Source of the DNA: the human T2T-CHM13v2.0 reference genome, Homo sapiens
Strand: one strand, 5' to 3'
Length of the DNA: 64,000 bases
Assembly (NCBI RefSeq): GCF_009914755.1
Contig: NC_060929.1
The stretch's first letter is position 1. Every line of letters begins with the position of its first letter. Under the pieces are notes generated by a model. It made no database searches. It saw only the letters and a list, made by a program, of their open reading frames with translations, and was not told the origin of the DNA. Shown here in pieces: positions 1-14,475 of the stretch. The translations under genes and the position numbers were made by a program.

Positions 1-935
<935 letters not shown>

Positions 936-1050
936 TAATACAAATATATTTTTGAGGCTGATAAACAGAACTCACTTATACTTCCTTTTCTCATGCTGTT
1001 GTCTGGTTTTGGTATCAGTTATGCTAAACTCATTCCATTTCAATCCACAA

Positions 1051-1171
1051 TTTTTTTTTTTTTTTGGAGACCAGGTCTTGCTCTGTCACCCAGGCTGGCA
1101 GTAGTGGCGAGGCCTCAAAATCCTGGGCTCAAGGGATCCACCCAGCTCAGCCATCTGAGTAACTGGGCTTA
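1051..1171 (-). mobile_element. Alu monomer (FLAM/FRAM-like)
   Basis: PolyT followed by gagaccaggtcttgctctgtcacccaggctgg...cctgggctcaagggatcc. Confidence 0.85.
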
Positions 1172-1179
1172 TCAATCTA

Positions 1180-1370
1180 CAAATATTTATTGACTGCTTC
1201 CAGTGTTCTAGGCACTTTCAAGAGTGAACAAAACAGATTTAAAAAAGCAAAAATTTCTGCCTTCCTTGAATTTACATTGCAGTAGAGAGAGACACAATAT
1301 TTTAAAAGGTAGGAAATAAAAACATATTATAGCATGTTGGAAAGTAATAAGTGCTATTGTAAATTAAAGC
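1180..1370 (-). mobile_element. L2 3' end fragment
   Basis: caaatatttattga...gtgttctaggcact...gtgaacaaaacaga is the reverse complement of the L2 terminus. Confidence 0.7.
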
Positions 1371-1374
1371 AGGC

Positions 1375-2150
1375 ATCAAAAAGATCAATAACAAGTGTTG
1401 GCAGGGATATGAAGGGATTGGAACCTTCATATACTGCAGGTGGAAATGCAAAATGGTATAGCCACTTTGGAAAACAGTCTGGTAGTTCCTAAAAAGGTTA
1501 AACATAGAGTTAACCATATGACCTAGTAATTCTACTCCTAGCTATATATGCAAGAAAAATAAAAACATCTGTCCACAAAAAAGCTTGTACACAAATATTT
1601 ATAGTAGTATTATTCATGATAGTCAGAAAGTGGAAACAACCCAAATGTTTCCATTTCAATTCACCCATTTAAATTATATAATCCAATGGTTTTTAGCCAA
1701 ATTTCTATTGGTGAATGGAGAAAAAAATGTGGCAAATCCATACAATGAAATGTCATTCAGTCATAAAAAGAAATAAAGTAGTGATTCCTGCTTGTATTCT
1801 GCATGTATTCATACTGCTGATACATGTAGATACATGCTACGTTGATAAACTTTGAAAACATAATGTTAAGTGAAAGAAACCAGTCACAAAGGGCCACGTA
1901 GTATACGACTTCATTTAGATCAAATGTACAGAACAGGCAAATCCATAGACATGAAAAATAGATTGGTGTTTGCCTAGGGCCCGAGAGGAGGAATTTGGGG
2001 AAATGGGGATTGATAACAATGTGGTTTCTTTTAGGGATGACAAAAATGTCCTAAAATTGATTGTGGTGATGGTTGCACAACTCTGTGAATATACTAAATA
2101 CCCTTGGATTGTATACTTTAAATGGGTGAATTGCATAGTGTGTGAATAAA
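1375..2150 (+). mobile_element. L1MB-type LINE-1 3' fragment
   Basis: aacaagtgttggcagggatatg...gccactttggaaaacagtctgg...ttgcacaactctgtgaatatactaaa...tttaaatgggtgaattg. Confidence 0.9.
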
Positions 2151-2159
2151 TGGAAGGTT

Positions 2160-5040
2160 GGGTTTGGTGATTAGGAGTATGGCAGTGGTGGTGCTGGGGT
2201 TACTTGAGATTTTTTTCACAGAGAAGGCCTATTTGAGAACATGACATTTAGGTAACAATCTGGATTGAGGGCATTACCCAGGCAGTTGTCTGGAGCAGAG
2301 AACTTCAAGCAGAGGAGGCAGCCACAGCAAAGACTCTGGCTATCTAAGACACAGTGGGTAGGCTGGCAAGGCTGGAGCGAAGTGATGGAGGAGGTAACAG
2401 ATGAGGTCAGAGATGAAATGGAGGGGGTGCTTCGGAGAGGGAATGTGGGTGGTATACACCTTCTGCCTCATGGGCCTGTGAAGGTTTCAGTAGAGGAAAA
2501 GCATGACACAACCAGCTTTTTGAAGGACTTCTGATTGCAGAAGGGTAAGAATGGAGACCAGCCAGGAAGGCTACTGCAGAACTGCAGGGAAGAGATAGAA
2601 GCCTAGTCCCGGGCGCTAGCGGCAGAAGTGAAGTGGGATGCTTTTTCCCTGAGGCTGTCCTGGAGAGGTGATCCTCTATTCCTGGTTTACAAGACCAGAG
2701 AAATAAATTATACTACAAAGCCATCTTCATTTAAGTAGTTTGTTTTCAATTAGGCTGATAAGTGGCATAACTGTGAGGATAAGTGGTCAGATTTTAGACA
2801 TACCTTGAAGATGAAGCCAACAGAATTTCCTGATGGATTGGATGAGGAGTATAGGAGAAAGAAAGCTTTAGATTATAAGGCTTTGGAGTTGAGCTACTAG
2901 AAATACACTGTGATCATTTGGGCTGGGGAGAACTAGGTTGGCATATGTGGGGAAAGATTAGTACTTCAGTTTTGGACAGGTTAAGTTTCAGGTTGCAACT
3001 GACTATCCAAGTGGAGATTTCTATCAGGCAGTTGGATACATGAGTATGGGGCACAGCAAAGAGGTACGGGCTGGAAACAGAAATTTGGCAATTGGGCCAG
3101 GCACGGTGGTTCATACCTGTAATCCCAGCACTTTGGGAGAATGAGGTGGGCAGATCGCTTGAGCTCAGGAGTTCGAGACCAGCCTGGGCAACATGGTGAA
3201 ACCCTATCTCTACAAAAAATACAAAAATTAGCTGGACATGGTGGCATGCACCTGTGATTCCAGCTACCCGGGAGACTGAGGTGGGACGATCACTTGAGCC
3301 CAGGAGGTTGATGCTGCAGTGAGCCGAGATTGCTGCTCTGCACTCTAGCTTGATGACAGAATGAGATCCTGTCTAAAAAAAAAAGAAAAAGAAAAAGAAA
3401 ATAATAAAAGAAAGAAATTTGGCAATTGTTGCATATTGGTAAGAGGTAAAGCCATGTGACTAAGTGATAACAACAAAAGAAAGAGTATGGATAGAGAAGA
3501 GGATGAAGAGCTGAGTGCTGGTGGCTCCCCAACATTGAGAAGTCAGGGAGGAGATGACGAACTAGCTAAGGAGACTGAGGACTGCATAGTGAGGTAAGAG
3601 GAAACCAGGAGAGTGCAGTGTCCTGGCAGCCAAGTGAAGAAAGGGTATCAAGGATAAGGGAATAGTTGACTATGTTTAAATGCTGCTAAGAGAGCAGGTA
3701 CAAGTTCATGAAATTAGCAATGTGGAAAACTTGAAGAAGAGGGGATTTCAGTGGGGTGTTGTAGAATGAACACCTGATGGGAATCTTTATTTCACAGAGA
3801 GTGGGAGGAAAGGATTGAAGTGAGTGCAGACCACACTTTGAAGGATTTTTCACACAAAGGTGAGCAGAGAAATTTGGTAGAGCTGGTGGGAGACATGGGG
3901 ACAGGAGAAATTTTTTTTTAAGATAGCAGAAACAACCATATGTTTATGTGCTAATGGAAATTTGGAAATTTCCCATCCAGTAGAATGGGAAAGTTAATGA
4001 TACCAGAGAGAGAGAGAGACAGAGGGACAGAGAGAGAAATTGCTGGAGAGCTGTCCTTTACTAGCCCTGAGATAGGTAAAAGGAAATAATATCTAGTTCC
4101 ACATAAGTAATAGGAAATAATATCTAGTTCCACCAAAGTGGGGAGATTGAGTTCAGATGGGAGCATGAGTGGCTCATTCACTTGGAGTAGCTGCTAAGAA
4201 GACAACATGGAGGCCCATCGGCTAGGAGGAGGGCAGAGGTGGTGGTAGGAATTTATTAAATTCTCTTCTGATTGCTCCAGTTTCCTCAGTGTGATGGGAA
4301 GCAAGGTTTTCCATGAGTGAGAATGTGGGGAGCGGTATCAAAAATGTGAAAATAAATAAAAAGTAGGACAGTAGGAGATAAATGGATTAGGAAATACAGT
4401 ACGTCTGCCAGGGAGCATTAGGGCTCACTTGAGGTTTGTGATCCTGAATTTAAAATGAGCCCGTTAGAGCATTAAGGGCTCACTTGAGGTTTGTGATTCT
4501 GAATTTAAGATGAGTCCATTAGATTGATGGCATGTTTTTCTTCTGTAGGCTCAGGTTAGATGGAAAGTTGAATTAAATAGGACCATAGTTTGGCCGAGTA
4601 AGTATAACTAAGGGAAAGAGGGGCAGGAGTACTGAGGACTTTCAGCTGGGATCACTGTCAAGATAGAACATCAGGGCATGATGGGTGCTGAAAAGGTGGT
4701 AGGAGGAAGGGAATGGAAGGGAATGGTAGGTCAAAGGGTTTATTAAATACAGAGTGCTGAAATAATGAGCTGGAAAGATAAGAGGAGGTGGTGGTCAGTG
4801 AGCGGATACATGAAATTGAAGTTGAGGAGGGTGCCAGTTATGGAAGTGAGTGGCTGAGATGGGGTGGAAGATAACATCATTGGAGGAGAGGAGCTTAAGG
4901 CACTGAAGGTTTAGGCTACTGGAAGGGTTGCTGAGTGTATGTTGGAATCACCGAGAATTAAGAGAGGAGTAATACTGGAAAGAGTGATAGTGAGGAGGGG
5001 GCTAAAATAGCCAAGAAGTGAGAGTGAGCTCAAGAGTCCA
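2160..5040 (-). mobile_element. Long degenerate L2 LINE, interrupted by an Alu
   Basis: Purine-rich L2 antisense motifs (aagtggtcagattttagacatacc; cagttttggacaggttaagttt; gagtgcagtgtcctggcagccaagtgaaga). Confidence 0.8.
3095..3412 (+). mobile_element. Full-length Alu (J-like)
   Basis: Dimeric Alu with perfect 16-bp TSD agaaatttggcaattg at 3079-3094 and 3413-3428. Confidence 0.97.
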
Positions 5041-5059
5041 TAGAGAAAATAACGGGACA

Positions 5060-6050
5060 TTTTCTCTTATTTTTGGAACAGTTTGTGTAATAGTTGGGTT
5101 ACCGGTTCCTTGAATGATTGGAAGTTTTTAAACCAATGATATTGTTTTTTAATAGTTAATAAGCTATTCAGGTATTTAGTTTCACCTATAGCTTGGAAAA
5201 TTTATATTTTTCAGGGGTTAATGACCCTTTCCTTGTAGCTTTCAAATTTAGTGGCATAAACTTGTTAAAGATTATCATGCAATTTAAAAATATTTTCTTT
5301 ACCTTTATGTATACCCCTTTTAATTCACAATTTTTCTGTATTTGTACATTTTCTTCTTCTTAGGTTAATCTTAAGTCTTAAAACTATTTTTTTTCTAAAA
5401 ACCTATTCTTAGCTTTGATAATTCTTTTTAAGTTTGACTTTCTATTTCTTTCATCTATTTCTCCTCTTGTTTTATTTCCTCCTTTCTGCTTTCTTTGGAT
5501 TTATTCAGTGAAGGTGAAATAATGATAAATTATCTCCAACTTTGAGAAGATATTTATTTCACCCTGACTTTTGACCTGATGGTTTAGCTGGTGGTAGGGC
5601 TCTGGTTGCCAGCACTTTGCATATATGATTCCATTGTCTTTTAGCTTCTATTTTGCTGCTGAGAAGTCTGCTAAACTAATCACCCTTAAAAATAGATTAT
5701 CTGTCTTTCTTTCTGGTAGCTTTTAAGATCTTTTCTGTATCTCAAGGGTTTTTCTCTTTCACTATGATACACCTAGGGATGACTTCATTTTGATTTATAT
5801 TGTAATTTCTGAAAAAATCAGTAATTTGCATTACCTCTGAAAAGTTTCTAGCTATTTTTAAAAATCTCTTTATTGAGATGTATTTTACATTCCATAAAAT
5901 TCAACCATTGAAAGTATTCAACCATTTAAAGTTTTAGTATATTCACAGAGTTGTGCAACCTTCGCCACATTATCTTTAGAATATTGCTTTTCCTTCATCC
6001 ATTTTATTTTCTCTTTCTGGAAATCCTTTTAAACATGTTAGACTATTGGA
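5060..6050 (-). mobile_element. Old L1M fragments, including an L1MB-like 3' piece at about 5865-5985
   Basis: T-rich L1 antisense text (gattccattgtcttttagcttctattttgctgctgagaagtctg; agtatattcacagagttgtgcaacc). Confidence 0.7.
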
Positions 6051-6794
6051 GTTTGAACGACTAATATGTAACACCCCTTTTCCTCCACTGAAAGTCAGAG
6101 TTAATTAAGAGATAGGCAAGGAAATTAGATAGATGGAAATAAAAAGAACAGCTTTATCAGTAATAAATACTGGATTTGAGGGTGTGGCTTAGATGAGTGA
6201 CAACCATAGATCTTTCAACACCAAACCCTAGAGTTTGAATTACCCACACCCTCTTCCCAGGCAGCACTGAATCACCATGTGTCTCCACATGGAGGTTGCC
6301 CCTGTGAAATGTATGGTGAGAGTTATAGCTCAGAAAGCATGTTCTCTGTGGGCAGGCTGGTTCCCAGGAGGAGGCAAGGAGGCAGGGCCTGTTCTATCCC
6401 AAACTCACCAGTAAGATAGGTTACTTCGGCAGAAGGAAGCTGCAGCTGTCACGCTGACTGATGTCCCTCTACACACCTGCAAAGCTACACAGATTATTGT
6501 ATAAAGCAAACACTATTCTGATACCAAACCCAATCAATATAAATAAACAAGAACTACAGGCATTTCAAAAATGCAAAAATCAGAGAAACAGAATTGAACA
6601 TTATATATTGAATACAAAGAACAATTACATAAAATATATTGATCTAAAAATTCAGGGGTCTTAAAATTTAGAGAAATGTATTAAATACAGTAACGTAAAT
6701 GTGTATTAATAAGAGTCACTAAGAGAGAATATGATCATTTTCATAGATGCTCAAATAAAAACATTATAGGATGACAGAAAACAAGGATACTTCC

Positions 6795-7096
6795 GGCTGG
6801 GCGCAGTGGCTCACGCCTGTAATCCCAGCACTTTGGGACACCGAGGCAGGCGGATCACCTGAGGTCAGGAGTTTGAGACCAGCCTGGCCAACATGGTGAA
6901 ACCCCATTTCTACTAAAAATACAAAAATTAGCCAGGTGTGGTGACACCTGCCTGTAATCCCAGCTACTCAGGAGGCTGAGGCAGGAGAATGGCTTGAACC
7001 TGGGAGGCGGAGGTTGCAGGTGAGCCGAGATCATGCCACTGCACTCCAGCCTGGGTGACAGAGCAAGATTCCATCTCAAAACAAAAAAAAAAAAAG
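6795..7096 (+). mobile_element. Full-length AluS (Sx-like)
   Basis: TSD aaggatacttcc at 6783-6794 and 7097-7108. Confidence 0.97.
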
Positions 7097-7978
7097 AAGG
7101 ATACTTCCGTAAGCCAGTATCCAAAATTATACAAAGATACGTTTGTCGCATTCATTTGAAAAATCCAGAACAACGTTGGCCTCAATAACATTAATATTAT
7201 TTTGGAAATTTTGGGTAGTACAAGATAAGAAATAAAAATGAAATGAATAAATATTTCAAATAATCAATCAAAACATCCTTTTTGGTAGATGACTGTATAT
7301 AAAGAAAAGACAAAGAAGACAACTGGAAACTGTTTTGGAATGAAGGGTAAACAGAGTCAAATGTAAACTCTCCCCAAATTAATGTGTAGTTTTAACACAA
7401 TCCCAATTGAAAAATTCAACACAATTTTCCCTGAAATGCTATAAAACTTTAATAACATTGATAAGAAATATAAGTGAGTATGAATATCAAATAAAATTTT
7501 GAATAAGAGAAATTATGGGGACTATCAGCTCTAAAAATGTTTTCTAAACAACAATAATTAAAATAGGATCCAAATACTGAAGTAACATAGATATCAATGA
7601 AACAGAATAGAAAGTCCAAAAATAAATTTATCATATATAACAATGCAAAATGTAATTTGTGATAAAGAAATTATAACCAAGGAATATATAATTGAATAAA
7701 CCCTGTTAGGATAGCATATGGAGGAAGAGGATTTATGTGTGTGTTTCTACCCAACCCACAATTTTAAGAGTAGCTAAATAATTAAATTAAAAAGTTTAAT
7801 TCTTTAGAAAGAAAAATCTCAATCACATCTATTAAGTTAATAAAAAAAGTTATAAGAAAAAGCATTGTCCAATATAATCCAGAAATTACTATGACGTTTT
7901 AAAATATGTATATGACATATAGAATCTGACATTTTTGGAGTGGAATGTATGACTACCTAGTGTAAAAATTTTCAGTGA

Positions 7979-8270
<292 letters not shown>

Positions 8271-9575
8271 CAACACTCATCACCACTCTTGCATCTCAGA
8301 AAAAGTACAAGAAAATATGAATGAATATTTGTTAGCTCTTTGGCGGAGTAAACACATTATATGCTTTGAAGCAACAGAAGAAATCACAGAGAACAATTAA
8401 CAGACTTAACTCTATAAAAAACTTTACACTTCTGTACAAAAATAAAATAAGAAGACATAGGGAAATATATTTATAGTATGTGTGCACATATACACACACA
8501 CCAACCAGAAATAGAGTGAATATATGTAATTACATAATGGATTCCCTCAGAGTGGAAAAATAATTTATGTTATATTCATACAGCAGAATTTATTTAGCCA
8601 TTGAAATGAATAAAATGGATCTTAAAATCTGTCAAAATGAGTTTTTAAAAAGCAAGTTGCAGGATGCTAAGTTTAGCATATTATCAGTCACATAAAGTTT
8701 AAAAACTAATGAATGTGTGTGTATGTTTATGAGTGTGTGAGAAAAAGAGAGAGAGAAATATAGAGAGAGATGACCAAGGACTAAAACTATTAAAATGTGG
8801 AAGGGAAAGATGTAAAGCAACTGTAAGTGGTAAATTACCTCTGGAGGAGAGGGTAGGAAATGGTAACTGGGAAGGTTACAAAGGGAGCTTTAAATATATC
8901 TGTTACTTTTCCATATGTCTGAAATATTCTGCAATTAAAAAAACAGGACTTACAAGTTGCTAAGGAAGAACTCCTAAAATTCCAAAATATGTATGTAAAA
9001 ACAACATGACTAAACAATTTATAGGAAAGGAAATATAGAAAAATGTATAGCCTCCTTAGTAATCAAAGAAGATTAAAATGAGACACCAATCATATCTATT
9101 AAATTAGTTTTAAAAGTTTTTTACAAGAAAAAACATTGTCTCATGTACTCCAGAAATTAGTATGATGTTTTAAATATATATACAAGATATAGAATCTTAT
9201 ATTTTCAGAGTGGAATATATGACTATCTAGTGTAAAAATTTCAAGCAATGTTTGAGATTTTTCACTTTTTTCTTTCCTTTACAGTTAAGACCACACTCAT
9301 CACCACCCTTGAATCTCAGGAACAAATATTTCTTTTAAAGAACTTCAAACTTTCTGGAAAGAAAGGAGACTCGTGAAAGTAGCTAAGGACAGAGTCTAGA
9401 TGTTTACCAGATAACCAACTCAGTACTTAAATGCTCCTCAAATAAAACTTCTAATTCTCAAATATCCACCAAATCCTCAAACTTTTCCCAAAACATTCAA
9501 GAAAATTCATAATCCTGCAAATCAAATCCAGACTGTGCAGAGCCCCACCCCCAATTCACCCATTAGCGGGTATCA

Positions 9576-9587
9576 GCATGCACATGC

Positions 9588-9631
<44 letters not shown>
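9576..9631. repeat. Compound (GC)n/(CA)n microsatellite
   Basis: gcatgcacatgcgcgtgcgcgcgcg(ca)15t, read directly. Confidence 0.95.
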
Positions 9632-10299
9632 CCCAGAGTTTACTTGTGGTTTTGTTTTTAAGGACATGTCAGTCAAGACAAAGCTCGTCTTTTGTGAAAC
9701 AGCAGGCCTCTTCCACAACAGGGCCTTACTCTAACCCCCCAGTGACTGTCATCAACACTTCACTTTTTCCGTTTGTTTTTCAAAAGAATGGTCGGGCATC
9801 AGTGGAATAGAGATGTCGAGGCAGCGGGAGGCATTTTTATTTTTGTTTTTGTGTTTTCACAAGGGAGCCCTAAATACATTAAATTTCTGGCTCTCCTCAG
9901 TTCCTGAAGCTGTTTCTTTGGGACTCCATTCTTCTGTGAAGTCCTTTGTCCTCCAGCTCCTCCCAGGTGGCTAAAGAGAGAGAGAGCAAAGAAAAAGTTG
10001 CACTTCCTTATAGAATCTAAATATTTGGGTTCCTGAGTAAACGGAGGCATGTTTGTGTGACAGTTCTCACCAGTTCATTCCTAGTGGTGATTTCAAGCTA
10101 AAATAAAAGAGAAGTTAGCGGTTTGCAGGTTCAAAGATGTCTAAAAGAGAATGGCCAGAATGTATATATGGATTTAATAGGAGGATTCAGGATACCAGAG
10201 GGTGAGTAAGGAAGATCTTAGGTGCGCTGAAGCTGAGCCAAGAACTCAATGCAGTGCTTCACTTGAGAAACCCTTGCAGCTCAAGTGAGGAACAATGGA

Positions 10300-10560
10300 T
10301 GGGATAGTAAGAGCCAACTCTCCCAGAGGCTGTGCCATGGGCCAGACACTACACCAATAACTTTATGTGGATTCATTCATTTGGTCTTCCCAAAAACCTG
10401 TGATGAAGATAGCATGATCACTCCCATTTTACAGATAAAGGGACTGAGGTCCAGGGAAATTACACAACTAGCACAGGACTGCAGAGCTGGAAAGCAACAA
10501 GGCAGGGCTTTCACCAGGCACTAGGCATTTCAGCTAGAAGCCGTGCTCTAAGTTCCTATG
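10300..10560 (-). mobile_element. MIR
   Basis: Core cccattttacagataaagggactgaggtccaggg. Confidence 0.75.
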
Positions 10561-10784
10561 CTGGAATCTCCTGTATTTGACCAGAAACCAGACGGGAAGA
10601 GGAGAAAAGAGAGTTAAGCTGAATGTTCTTGGCGAATTACTCCCCAGTATCTTTTAGTTCAGAGCACGGGTTCAACACTATGGCATTTACTCTGTGCCCT
10701 CGTTGTAAGGAGCTTTGGGGATGCACGGGTGAGGAGAGCTTGCACTATGCTCTCCAGGGCCGTGCACCCCAGAGAGATGGACAG

Positions 10785-10787
<3 letters not shown>

Positions 10788-10831
<44 letters not shown>
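10788..10831. repeat. (TA)22 microsatellite abutting an Alu polyT
   Basis: Read directly. Confidence 0.97.
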
Positions 10832-10866
<35 letters not shown>

Positions 10867-11144
10867 AGACAGTCTCACACTGTCGCCTGGGCTGGAGTCC
10901 AATAGCGCGATCTCAGCTCACTGCAACCTCCGCCTCCCGGGTTCACGTGATTCTCCTGCCTCAGCCTCATGAGTAGCTGGGATTACAGGCGCACACCACC
11001 ACACCCGGCTAATTTTTGGTATTTTTAGTAGAGATGGGGTTTCACTATGTTGGCCAGACTGTTCTCGAACTTCTGACCTCGTGATCCACCTGCCTCAGCC
11101 TCCCAAAGTGCTGGGATTACAGGAGTGAGCCACTGTGCCCGGCC
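10832..11144 (-). mobile_element. Full-length AluS with a T34 tail
   Basis: T34 gagacagtctcac...gtgagccactgtgcccggcc. Confidence 0.97.
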
Positions 11145-11576
11145 ATATTCAGAATATTTTTAACATACATTTAAAATTTTAGAACAGTTTTAGATTTACA
11201 GAAAAATGGCTGTAGTTCCCATATGCTTTGCATCCAGTTTCCCTTATGATTAATAACTCACATTAGTGTGATATATTTGCTACAATGAATGAACCCACGA
11301 TACATTATTATTAACATTATTATTAACTAAAGTCCATAGTAAATTTTATTCAGTATACTTTATTTCCTAGTTTTTCCTAGTGCCCTTTTTCTGTTCCAGG
11401 ACTCCATCCAGGGTAGCACATTACATTTAGTTGTCATTTCTCCTTCGGCTCCTCTTGGCTGTGACTGTTTCTCAGACTTAAATTGTTTTTGATGACCTTG
11501 ACAGTTTTCAGGCATATTAGTTAGTATTTTGTAGAATTCCCCTCAATTGAGATTTGTATGTTTTTCTCATGGTTAG

Positions 11577-12261
<685 letters not shown>

Positions 12262-12506
12262 GTTAGACTAGGGTTATATGTTTCTGGGGAGGAAGACCTC
12301 AGAGGTAAAGTGCCATTGTCATCTCATCATGTTAGGATACACACTACCAACATGACTTACCACTGTTGGTGTTAATCTTGATCACCTGGCTGAGGTAGTA
12401 TCTGTTAGGTTTCCTCACTGTAAATTTACTTTTTATTCCCTGTGTTTCCACACTGTACTCTTTGGAAGGAAGTCATTAAGTGACTTCTCACACTTAGGGA
12501 GAATAA

Positions 12507-12642
12507 TCAGGAATTTTGTTAGCCAATTGTTAAATCTTTGGTAGCTTGAAGTCAGCCGTGGTGGGAATATTTACATCATGGCAATCAGCAAACTCTGCAG
12601 ATCTGGGCTTGTTCTGGGGAGCTGGTTTCCTAGCCCACCACT
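12507..12642 (+). mobile_element. MER63-like hAT DNA transposon remnant
   Basis: caggaattttgttagccaattgttaaa; ttggtagcttgaagtcagccgtggtgggaatatttaca; terminal caccactg. Confidence 0.75.
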
Positions 12643-12902
12643 GCATGTGTGGCTTGGGCTGTGTCTCAGAAGATGATAGGTGGGCAGGTAGAGAGGCATT
12701 TGGATCAAGTGGCTCACATGGTATAAATGAACTCTTGGAGGCAAGAGGGAAGGTGCTGTGCTTACAGGACATGGATTGGGATTAGAAGAGGTTTGGCACA
12801 GACATATAGCCACCTGGGAACCACACAGAAACCATAATCCAGAGGGTTTTAATGTAAATAGTGTTGGAACCTTAAAGGACCTACCTTTGTTTTTTTCTTT
12901 CA

Positions 12903-13110
12903 TAGTAGTAATAACTACCATTTATTGAGTGCCTACTATGTACAGGTGCTTTTTAATATATAAAATTCCTTTCAATCACCACAAACCTACGGGGTGGATA
13001 TTGTTATCCCATTTTACAAATAAGAAAACTAGAGTTAAGTAGCTTATTCGAGAATACAACCAGCAATCAGCAAAGCTGAGATTCAAACCTCCTGTGTAAC
13101 TCCAGCCACG
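12903..13110 (-). mobile_element. MIR
   Basis: actaccatttattgagtgcctactatg...cccattttacaaataagaaaact. Confidence 0.85.
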
Positions 13111-14029
13111 CTGTTCTCTCTGCTTAATTTACTTCCTTCTTCCAGGAGCATTGGGTTACTAGTAGGATCTGTTTCAAGATGGTAGAATGGCTATTGATGG
13201 TGAGATTCCAGGACTTGATTAGTGATGAGAGTGCCATTTGCTGTTCAGGACATTCCATCACCGTTCATGCTCATGGAAGTGCATGAGAACCGGGTTTCAC
13301 TTTGGGTCAGGCAAACTATATTAACATTGTAACTTCTAGTCTTCCAGACAAACTATCCACCTCAGTAATGTTTTATTTTTCTTGTGGGTGTATCGTTAAG
13401 GGAGCAGAAATTATGATACCCCTAAACTTTGTATCTTAATTGAACTCTGTGGTATCTTTATGATTTAATTTAATAGGTGACTTCAGCCATTCTTTTCCAA
13501 GGCAATTTTTAAGAAGCAGACTTATAGAAACTCTGGACTACAATTCATCATTAGAGTTTTGGTTAACTCTACAAAACTGTATGATCTACATGCATACTGA
13601 ACAAACGCATATAACATGCAATATATTTCACTTAAAAAGCTTAAACATAAGAATCACTTAGAATTCATGTCATATTTAAGGCACATGAAATGCTACTTGA
13701 TCTGTTCCATTTGAGTCATTCAGGGAGTTTAAAGCTATTTTAGGATAAATAATCTTAAAGAAGCTCTAGAAGGTTTGAATGGGATTTGCTTAAATAACAG
13801 AGAATATTATATTGCTTTAGTAAACTTTAGTTACTATTTTTAACTAAGACTTCATTGGTCTTATTAAGGTCTGGGTAATATTAGAAACTGTTGTTAAATG
13901 ATGGTAATGCTATTTTGACTCTCTCCCTCTCACATCATTGAGGCTCTTTAAACTGTACAACTAGCGGTGGGGTAGTGCAAAAGTTACGTTCAAGGGAATT
14001 TTGTTTTATTTGGTCTACTTCCCTTAACT

Positions 14030-14475
14030 TCCCTGTCCCCAGTCCCAGCTGCCTCTTTTACTCAGAGATCTGGCCTGAGATGATTGGACCAAGAACAAAC
14101 ACCTGCCCCAGTGGGGAGCCCATTTATAGACCAGCTGAGCTAATCTTCCTCCCCAGAGCATTTATGTTTGGAGAAAGAGAGACTGAGTCAGCCGGCTGAT
14201 GGATGGTGATGGACCAAATAAAGGTCATACAGAGTCAGGGTTGGAGTCAGTCCATAAGCAAGTTGAAGTCATGAGGGGTAGACCACGGGAAGCAGGAGAA
14301 ACTGCTCTGTGCAGAGAAATGGGAGAACAGAGAAAGAGCCCCAGTTCAGGTCCCTGTAGCCAGATGTCACTGGCTTTCTGGCCCTGGATGCCTGTGAGAT
14401 TGCTTGTTATCCATTGTATTCAGCTCTCTAGGTGGGTTTCTCTCACTTACAACCCAAGTGATTCCAGACTAAGAC
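14030..14475 (+). mobile_element. Old ERVL-type LTR (LTR16/LTR33-like)
   Basis: Degenerate resemblance only, ending ggtgggtttctctcacttacaacccaag. Confidence 0.4.

Noticed and set aside
4081-4521. Short direct repeats as a CRISPR-like array
   Set aside because: Only two copies of each, with no regular unique spacers and no cas genes, in primate DNA.
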